NCBI GenBank assembly: GCA_965662235.1
Contig: CBFIGY010000059.1
Location: 1 to 6,943 of the forward strand
Direction of reading: 5' to 3'
Source of the DNA: an uncultured bacterium
GTDB taxonomy: Bacteria; SAR324; NAC60-12
Length of the DNA: 6,943 nt
Under the pieces are notes generated by a model, which saw only the letters and a list, made by a program, of their open reading frames with translations, ran no database searches and was not told where the DNA came from. Shown here piece after piece: positions 1-5,654 of the stretch; position 1 is the first letter of the stretch; each line of letters opens with the position of its first letter. Both the position numbers and the translations under genes were made by a program.

Positions 1-1257
1 CGTCTGCAGCGCCCGCACCTCCTGCAGCAGGGCCGGGTCCTGAAACTCCATCCACCCAAGCGGGTGCAGGGTCAGCAGGTGCAAAGGGGGGGCTTGGAGG
101 TTTCCGGTCAGGGCATGCCAGGCCAGGCCCATCAGCAGCAGCCGATCGCGCTCCTGCAGCGGAACATGAACCCTTTGCTCCTTCCCGGTTTCTCCCACCA
201 AAAACGCTGTATCCGGTGCCACCGGGAGGTCCAGGGCCTCCGAGTACCGGGGGGCATTCTGAAAGGACTCCGGAACCGACTCCAGCTGCTTCTGTAGGAG
301 GGCCGGTGAGCCGGCGTCCTGCAGCCAGGCCTGGAGGTAGACCTTGCGGTCAGACTGGTTTCCCAGTGCCAGCTCCTCTGGAGTCATCCACAGCAGCTGC
401 TCAGAGGGGCTGCTCTGGACCTTCCGGCAGAGCTGCTTGAAGCCCTCGGGGTGGAGCTGAATCTGGTAGCAGGAGATGTCGTAACGGGTGAGGGCGTGGT
501 TGGCCCCAGCACCTTCAATCTCCTGGTAGGGGTGCTGGAGCGAGGAAAACGGGTGGGCGGTGTAGTGCTGGGGCAGCAGTCCCAGCTCCTCCCGGAGCTC
601 CCGTTCCAGCGTCTGACGGAGGGCTTGCTGAACCGGAGCCCCTGGAGGCGCCTGCTGGAGACGGACCAGCGCAGGACGCGAGAGCTGGGAGCCTTCGGCA
701 TTGAGGTCGTGCAGGTTGAGCTTGCCGCCAATGAGGACGTAGTTGGGGCGTCCGGTCCGGTGGATGTCTTCACGGTGGTTGACAAGGAACCGTCCTTGGA
801 GGCGGATCAGGCCCCAGGCCACATGGACCTGTCGGATGGGAGGGGCCGTCTGGGGAGCAGTGGCCAGGCGCTGGGCTTCGGCACGCGCCAGCCAGTTGCG
901 CTGTCGGTCTTCTGCAAAGCCAGGTGTCCAGAAGCCTGACTCCAGCAGCGCCGGGTGGTGCTGCGAGAGGCTTTCGAGCAGGGAGCGCGCCATCAGGGAA
1001 GCTGGGAAGCTTTGAAACTTCCAGAGGGCTTCCTGGAGGGCAAAGACGTCCAGCAGTCCCAACGCTTCCCAGAGGTGCTGGAGCAGCGTTAGGGTGCCCT
1101 GAACCCGTTCCTCAGCAAGCCCGGTCTCTAGGGTCACCTGTTCCAGCAGGTGCTGCACCGGAACCTCTTCGGCAACAAAGGTTTCCTCGGAGTGGACCGG
1201 CAGGAGGGGCTTCAGGGCCGTGAGGATGAGCAGCAGTTGAGCGGTTCCATGAGTCAT
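1..1257 (-). CDS. Nudix-fold hydrolase with N-terminal helical (possibly wHTH-like) region; 3'-truncated by the window edge (>419 aa)
   Basis: Not in the ORF track because there is no stop in the window. Manual translation from ATG 1257 (GAAGGA RBS-like site just upstream) is open to base 1: MTHGTAQLLLILTALKPLLP...PIRQVHVAWGLIRLQGRFLVNHRED...NYVLIGGKLN...LRQTLERELREELGL...LLWMTPEEL... It has a Nudix-like beta strand plus LxxxR, a 'GG' at 724-729, the REUxEExGU helix RELREELGL at 577-603, and the typical downstream W-x-x-x-EEL. Confidence 0.85.
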   Translation of the reverse strand, partial: MTHGTAQLLLILTALKPLLPVHSEETFVAEEVPVQHLLEQVTLETGLAEERVQGTLTLLQHLWEALGLLDVFALQEALWKFQSFPASLMARSLLESLSQHHPALLESGFWTPGFAEDRQRNWLARAEAQRLATAPQTAPPIRQVHVAWGLIRLQGRFLVNHREDIHRTGRPNYVLIGGKLNLHDLNAEGSQLSRPALVRLQQAPPGAPVQQALRQTLERELREELGLLPQHYTAHPFSSLQHPYQEIEGAGANHALTRYDISCYQIQLHPEGFKQLCRKVQSSPSEQLLWMTPEELALGNQSDRKVYLQAWLQDAGSPALLQKQLESVPESFQNAPRYSEALDLPVAPDTAFLVGETGKEQRVHVPLQERDRLLLMGLAWHALTGNLQAPPLHLLTLHPLGWMEFQDPALLQEVRALQT

Positions 1258-1278
1258 GAGGCGTCCTTCAGTTGGAGG

Positions 1279-2211
1279 TCAGCGGGGCAGGGCAATCCAG
1301 TCTCCGAGCGCTTCCTGGAGGGATTCCGGAAGCACCGGGCCGTTCAGAGGACCGGTCAGACACCACTGGTCAAAATCGGTCTTCTTCAGCTTGGGGGTGC
1401 ACCGCAGCGCCAGAGGGGTTTCTCCCGTCACCCGCCAGTGGAGCACCAGCATCGGACGGTCGGTGTCTGTCCGATTAACTCGGAGGTGTACAAGCAGGCC
1501 TTCCGGACTGAGGAGCCGAGGCCCCAGACGGATCATCTCCTCCGGACGCCGCAGCGCTAGGTGAAGGCGGTGCTGCTCGGTCCAGACGTCCACCCCAGAG
1601 TCGATCAAGGAAGCCTTCTGGACAATCCAAGAATGGAATCCCAGCTCCGGACTCCGGAAGGCGGAGGGACCAAATGAGACACCATCCCAGGCCTGCTGCA
1701 CCCACGTCGGGAGGTCCACCTGAGCCTCATATCCGTTGGGGCCAACCCACCCCTGTGCTGGAAGCGGCCGTGGCACCTGCTCAGGCGAAGGACAGCGGGC
1801 AGGGTGAAAGGCCCAGGCCTTCCGGGGTCCCGAGTGCGGACGGGCGTGGGCGAGGCGTTCCATGAAAAAGTACTTCAGGTTGCTGGTGAGGACAAGCCCC
1901 CCGCGGGCTTCTGGATTGAAGGTGCTGTTGATCCAGACCCGGGACTGCCGACAAGTCTTCGAGAAGGCGAGGCGGGTGAGCCAGACGGCCACCTGGCGGT
2001 TGGCGTCATCCAGTCGAAAGGGCTCCAGGGCGGTTCCGGTGAAGTGACAGAGCACGGATTCGACCTCAGCGATGGAGTAATGGGGGCCGCTTTGCTCCAC
2101 CCAGGCGTCCAGGGCCTCCTGAACCTGCGTCCGAACCGTGGCCTCAGGGTGATGGAGGAAGGTGTAGAAGAGCAGGGGCAGGGCTCCGGTGGTGGGAAGG
2201 ACAGCTTTCAT
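1279..2211 (-). CDS. Hypothetical protein, 310 aa
   Basis: Long ORF with protein-like composition. Its ATG (2209-2211) overlaps an upstream TGA (2208-2210, ATGA coupling), and it ends 21 nt before the Nudix ATG. No motif recognised. Confidence 0.75.
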   Translation of the reverse strand: MKAVLPTTGALPLLFYTFLHHPEATVRTQVQEALDAWVEQSGPHYSIAEVESVLCHFTGTALEPFRLDDANRQVAVWLTRLAFSKTCRQSRVWINSTFNPEARGGLVLTSNLKYFFMERLAHARPHSGPRKAWAFHPARCPSPEQVPRPLPAQGWVGPNGYEAQVDLPTWVQQAWDGVSFGPSAFRSPELGFHSWIVQKASLIDSGVDVWTEQHRLHLALRRPEEMIRLGPRLLSPEGLLVHLRVNRTDTDRPMLVLHWRVTGETPLALRCTPKLKKTDFDQWCLTGPLNGPVLPESLQEALGDWIALPR

Positions 2212-2408
2212 GATCGACTCAGAGCAAGGCGTTCAGGGTCTCCNNNNNNNNNNCGTAACCGACCACACGCCGGGCCAGCTTCCGGGCTTCCTGCATCCTG
2301 AAGCAAGGCGCTGTGCCAGTTGCTCAGTGGAAGCCGGCTGTGCCCAAAGCGGAGGTTCTTGACCTGCCACACGCCGGCTCCGTGCGGCCGGAGGATGAGG
2401 CGTTTCAT
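2208..2408 (-). CDS. Hypothetical protein coupled to the RT, interrupted by an assembly gap (true length unknown; may be the ends of one or more longer genes)
   Basis: ATG 2406-2408 overlaps the RT stop TGA 2405-2407. TGA 2208-2210 overlaps the next ATG. N-run at 2244-2253. Confidence 0.55.
   Translation of the reverse strand: MKRLILRPHGAGVWQVKNLRFGHSRLPLSNWHSALLQDAGSPEAGPACGRLXXXXGDPERLALSRS
2244..2253. other. Assembly/scaffold gap (10 N)
   Basis: Ten consecutive n bases. Confidence 0.99.
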
Positions 2409-5245
2409 GGGTGCACTCCGGCTGCTTGCAGCTGGGCCTGCAGGGCCTGAGCCTCCTGAGGTTGGGTTTGGGCGAGGAAGTGAATCAGGCCAAGCAGCGG
2501 CTGGTCCTCTAGGGGGCGTCCGTGCCAGAACACCGGACGTCCCTGAACCCGGTGGTGCACGGCCGCCCGGAGCTTGCGACGCAGGGGCTTGGCCCAGTTG
2601 GGCTTTTCATTCACCACCAGTCCGGTCACACACTGTCGCCGGCCTCGGCGGAAGAGGTTGGTCTTCTTGGGATCCAGCTCGTAACCCTGGTCCCGGAGGC
2701 GTTCTTCAACAAACGGGAGGATCTCCACCGCCCCCCTTCCAGAGGAGGAAAACGTCAGGTCGTCGGCGTAACGGGTGTACGTCACCCCGCGGCGAGTCGC
2801 CACAGTGGTCAGGGCGGCATCGGTGGACCGGAGCAGTTGGTTGGCCAGGGCGGGACTCGTGGGAGCCCCTGTAGGAAGGGCCTGCTCGTAGCTGAGCAGC
2901 GTTGCCAGCAGCCGGATGGCACGTGGACGGAACCGACCAGAGAGGCGCTGGCGGAGCAGCTTCAGAACCTGCGGGAAGCGGGTGTTGGGGAAGAAGCCCT
3001 TGATGTCCACATTGACGACAAGGGCCTGCCCACAGTGCCGGCGGGCGTTCTCGACAATGCCGATGCCGGGGCGAAATCCGGTTGCGGCGTCGTGCAGCTC
3101 CCAGGTGTTCAGCTCCTGATCCAGCACGGCTCGCTGGAAGCGCTTCAGGGTAGGGTGGGGGGCCGTAATGATCCGGGTGCCTCCGGAGCGCTTGGGAAGC
3201 GGGTAGGTCCGGTACCACCGGTTGCACTCATCTCCTTGCACCTGATCGTCTCGTCCGAGCGCAAGCTTCTGGGCCAAAGCGAGGAGGAAGGGCGCAAAGG
3301 CGAGCCCAAAGTGAACCGCCAGCTCAAGGGCCGCCAGCTGGTTGGGACCATAGTGGTCCTGCAGGGCTTCCAGGGCCTGAGGCAGGTCCGCTGGACGAAC
3401 GGCGTCCGCGAACTCTGAGCACAGCGTCCCCCGGGCGACAACCTGAGGGATCAGCTTCCACCACGGTGCCTGACGCTGATAGGGCTTCAGGAAATTTGGA
3501 GGGTCCTGCTCAAAGGCGTGCCGGAGGAGGTCCGGGTGGGCGTCAATGAATTCCAGAAGCTGCGGAGGAAGGGGCAGGTCGCTTTTGCCCCAGGCAGAAA
3601 AGGGGAAGGTCTTCAGCTCCTCCAGCACCTGCGGGTGCGTCCAGAAGTCTGGCCGGGGAAGCAGCAGCGCCCACTCGGTGACCGTCCAGTGCGTCCGGGG
3701 AAGCTGCTGCCGCCAGATCTGCAGGAGCTCCGGGGAAAGGCTCCGGAAGCGCTCTTGCCACTCGGGTGACGCCTCTCCTAGGTGCTCCCGGAGGGCAAGC
3801 AACGCCCGTCCCAGCAAGGCCTGATGCTTCGGACCTCCGCGGAGCAGGCGCTTGAGGCGCCAGGGCTCGAGCCACTCCGCCGCCGAAACCCCGGAGGGTC
3901 GCTGTTTTCGGAGGGCCGGCAGGTCCTGAGTGGTTCCTCTGAGGGTCCAGCTCAGGGCGGAAGGAGCTTGGAGCTGAGGCAGGTCCGGAAAGCGGGGGCT
4001 CCAGCGGTTCCAGTTGCGCAGGAAGGCGGCAGAGCGATACGGATCCCGCAGGGCCTTCTGGAGAACCGCCCGGGTCAGAACCTCCTTGAGCAAACCTGCA
4101 GCCTGAAGGTCCTGAAGCCACTGCTGGGACGCGCGCAGCTGCTGGGCGGTCGGCAGGGCTTGGGGCGCGGGGGCCGACCTAGAGGCCTCTCCGGCACCGA
4201 GGAGCTGTTGCTGAAGGTGCTTACGGACGCTGGACAGGAGCGCGTTGGGGGCCGGCGGTGACGGACGCTGGAACAGCAACTGACGCTTCAGGGACCCGGA
4301 GGTGCCAAGGATCAGGAGGCTCCAGACGACGGGCTCATGCCGCCAAGGTTCCAGGAGCAAGCGTACCTCTGGGCTGATGTTCAAGGAGAGGAGGGACCTG
4401 CTGGATACCCCCTCCAGGAAGGTGCGGAGGACCGGCAGGTGGGCCTGGAAGTCGCTGCGGTAACGGAGCCAGAAGCGCCAGGGACCCGCCTGGAGCTGCC
4501 GCTCCTGCAGGTCCTCAAAAACCTGGTCCCGGTGCTGCTTCAGCAGGTGCCACTCCGGAGTCTCTGGAAAGGTGTGAGGGGCCCCCTCCACGGCACAGAG
4601 GAAGGAGGTTTCCAGCAGATGCTGGCGGTACTCCTTGCGCAGCACCTGACGCTGCAGAGGTCGCTTGAGCTGCCGGAACAGGGTTCTGGAGAGGGTTCCC
4701 CGGACCCCTCCGTTCTGTTTCAGCAGGACCAGTTCGTCAAGGAGGTCCTGGGGATGGAGGTCGAGGTGCCGGAGGGGAAGAAGGAGCTGCCGCAGGGTGC
4801 GGCGTCGTGGAGGAAGTCCCTGGAGCAGGGCCTGAAGTGGAACGCCCTTGTGGCTCAGGCGGGCCTGACACAGCACCTCCCATTCAGGCACGTTGGGCGC
4901 CAGTGCTAGGTCCCGGTACAGCGCCCAGGCCCCTTGGGGCTCGGGCAGTTGCGCCACGGCCGCGGCCTGCACGGTTCCCAACGAGGGAAGCCCCTGGGCC
5001 AGTTCCCATTCCAAAAAGACCCGCCACCCCATCAGGTCCTCCGCGTGCAGCACCTCCTCCCGAAGGGCATCTGCCAGAGGCGGGGCTTCGGGGGCTCCGG
5101 TGAGCTCGGCCTGGAGGCGCTTCCGGAACTGCTGCAACGGGTGCTGCACCTGCTGGTGCGCCTGTCGCCAAACGTCCGGTTGGTCCAGAGGAAGGGTGCA
5201 GAGGAGGCGGAGGACGTGGTCCAGTCCGTTGAGGCTGAGTTCCAT
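2405..5245 (-). CDS. Retron-type reverse transcriptase with ~675-aa N-terminal extension (~946 aa)
   Basis: C-terminal ~270 aa (about 2405-3220) contain YRTYPLPKRSGGTRIITAP, HDAATGF, retron region-X NARRH (3035-3049), DIKGFFP, LPTGAPTSPALAN (LPTG 2867-2878), YTRYADDLTFS (YADD 2759-2770) and region-Y VTGLVVN (VTG 2621-2629). Start placed at ATG 5245, preceded by AGGAG, rather than the track's TTG 5287, which lies inside the ncRNA inverted repeat. Confidence 0.95.
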   Translation of the reverse strand: MELSLNGLDHVLRLLCTLPLDQPDVWRQAHQQVQHPLQQFRKRLQAELTGAPEAPPLADALREEVLHAEDLMGWRVFLEWELAQGLPSLGTVQAAAVAQLPEPQGAWALYRDLALAPNVPEWEVLCQARLSHKGVPLQALLQGLPPRRRTLRQLLLPLRHLDLHPQDLLDELVLLKQNGGVRGTLSRTLFRQLKRPLQRQVLRKEYRQHLLETSFLCAVEGAPHTFPETPEWHLLKQHRDQVFEDLQERQLQAGPWRFWLRYRSDFQAHLPVLRTFLEGVSSRSLLSLNISPEVRLLLEPWRHEPVVWSLLILGTSGSLKRQLLFQRPSPPAPNALLSSVRKHLQQQLLGAGEASRSAPAPQALPTAQQLRASQQWLQDLQAAGLLKEVLTRAVLQKALRDPYRSAAFLRNWNRWSPRFPDLPQLQAPSALSWTLRGTTQDLPALRKQRPSGVSAAEWLEPWRLKRLLRGGPKHQALLGRALLALREHLGEASPEWQERFRSLSPELLQIWRQQLPRTHWTVTEWALLLPRPDFWTHPQVLEELKTFPFSAWGKSDLPLPPQLLEFIDAHPDLLRHAFEQDPPNFLKPYQRQAPWWKLIPQVVARGTLCSEFADAVRPADLPQALEALQDHYGPNQLAALELAVHFGLAFAPFLLALAQKLALGRDDQVQGDECNRWYRTYPLPKRSGGTRIITAPHPTLKRFQRAVLDQELNTWELHDAATGFRPGIGIVENARRHCGQALVVNVDIKGFFPNTRFPQVLKLLRQRLSGRFRPRAIRLLATLLSYEQALPTGAPTSPALANQLLRSTDAALTTVATRRGVTYTRYADDLTFSSSGRGAVEILPFVEERLRDQGYELDPKKTNLFRRGRRQCVTGLVVNEKPNWAKPLRRKLRAAVHHRVQGRPVFWHGRPLEDQPLLGLIHFLAQTQPQEAQALQAQLQAAGVHP

Positions 5246-5249
5246 GGGG

Positions 5250-5254
5250 CTCCT
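5250..5254 (-). promoter_or_regulatory. Probable ribosome-binding site for the RT
   Basis: Minus strand reads CAC-AGGAG-CCCC-ATG. Spacing is short (4 nt) but plausible. Confidence 0.55.
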
Positions 5255-5281
5255 GTGAGGGGGGACCAGGAAAGCAGGGAG

Positions 5282-5473
5282 CAGCAACCGGATTACTGAA
5301 AAGCCGAACCTCAGTCGACACGACGCTAGAAAGTGAGCGTCGCGAACCCGAAGGAGGGAGCTCGCGCGTGGATTCGGGTAGAGCGAAGCTCACTTTCTCA
5401 AGGAGGGGAGGCCCCTGAGTCCATGATGTCACCCCTCCGGCGAAACGCCGGATCGATCCTAATCCGGTTGCTG
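5282..5473 (-). ncRNA. Putative retron msr-msd non-coding RNA
   Basis: Perfect 14-bp inverted repeat CAGCAACCGGATTA (5282-5295) / TAATCCGGTTGCTG (5460-5473) brackets the region. On the minus strand the 5' arm ends ...GATTA-G (G = 5459), opposite another G (5296). msr-like hairpin TCCGGCG-TTT-CGCCGGA (5436-5452) and GGAGGGG/CCCCTCC stem (5402-5408/5432-5438). Long msd-like hairpin at 5328-5398. Lies directly upstream of a retron RT. Confidence 0.85.
5282..5473. repeat. a1/a2-type 14-bp perfect inverted repeat (arms 5282-5295 and 5460-5473)
   Basis: cagcaaccggatta is the exact reverse complement of taatccggttgctg. Confidence 0.95.
5328..5398 (+). other. Predicted msDNA long hairpin (msd)
   Basis: AGAAAGTGAGC (5328-5338) pairs with GCTCACTTTCT (5388-5398); TCGC (5340-5343) with GCGA (5383-5386); ACCCGAA (5346-5352) with TTCGGGT (5373-5379). 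The plus strand is the cDNA sense for a minus-strand transcript. Confidence 0.75.
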
Positions 5474-5475
5474 TA

Positions 5476-5636
5476 AACCCCGAAGGGTCATGCAGTGAAA
5501 TCGGTGTGGCTGCACAGAAGCCCGGAACGGCCCCTTTGCGGGGCCTCAGGTGTTCCGGCCTCTGTTCTGCCTGATGCTGACCCTCAGTTTACGCCCTCCT
5601 CATGAAGACGGGAGGGGGCTGAGGGGAGCAACCAGG
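5476..5636 (-). ncRNA. Additional structured RNA domain (four tandem hairpins) 5' of the msr-msd
   Basis: Hairpins: ACCC-UUCG-GGGU (5477-5488, cUUCGg loop on the minus strand); TGCAG/CTGCA (5491-5514); CCGGAAC/GTTCCGG plus GGCCCC-GCAAA-GGGGCC (5522-5558); CCCTCAG/CTGAGGG plus CCCTCC/GGAGGG with outer TGCT/AGCA and CCTG/CAGG (5570-5636). Confidence 0.55.
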
Positions 5637-5654
5637 TATCCGTCCTGCCAACGC

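Noticed and set aside
64..1223. Short ORFs listed in the track over the left end (including 384..785 minus and 451..939 plus)
   Set aside because: Explained as shadows of the unlisted minus-strand Nudix ORF 1..1257.
303..2305. Shared peptide LQDAGSP in the Nudix protein (near 303-325) and the gap-containing ORF (near 2283-2305)
   Set aside because: The codons differ and there is no extended nucleotide repeat, so this is most likely coincidence.
2405..3220. Group II intron, DGR or CRISPR-associated RT interpretation
   Set aside because: NAxxH and VTG motifs plus the a1/a2-flanked ncRNA indicate a retron. No maturase/HNH domain, intron domain V, TR/VR repeat pair, Cas1 or CRISPR array was seen.
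5246..5287. ORF-track TTG start of the RT at 5287 (960 aa)
   Set aside because: It lies inside the ncRNA inverted-repeat arm and has no RBS. ATG 5245 has AGGAG upstream.
2320..5299. Multiple plus-strand ORFs (e.g. 2522..3418, 298 aa; 4337..4909) and alternative-frame minus ORFs overlapping the RT
   Set aside because: Antisense or shadow ORFs typical of high-GC coding DNA. No motifs, and they fully overlap a well-supported gene.
5515..5636. GC-rich hairpins as rho-independent terminators of the peptidase gene
   Set aside because: No U-tract follows them on the minus strand, so they are kept as a possible structured RNA instead.
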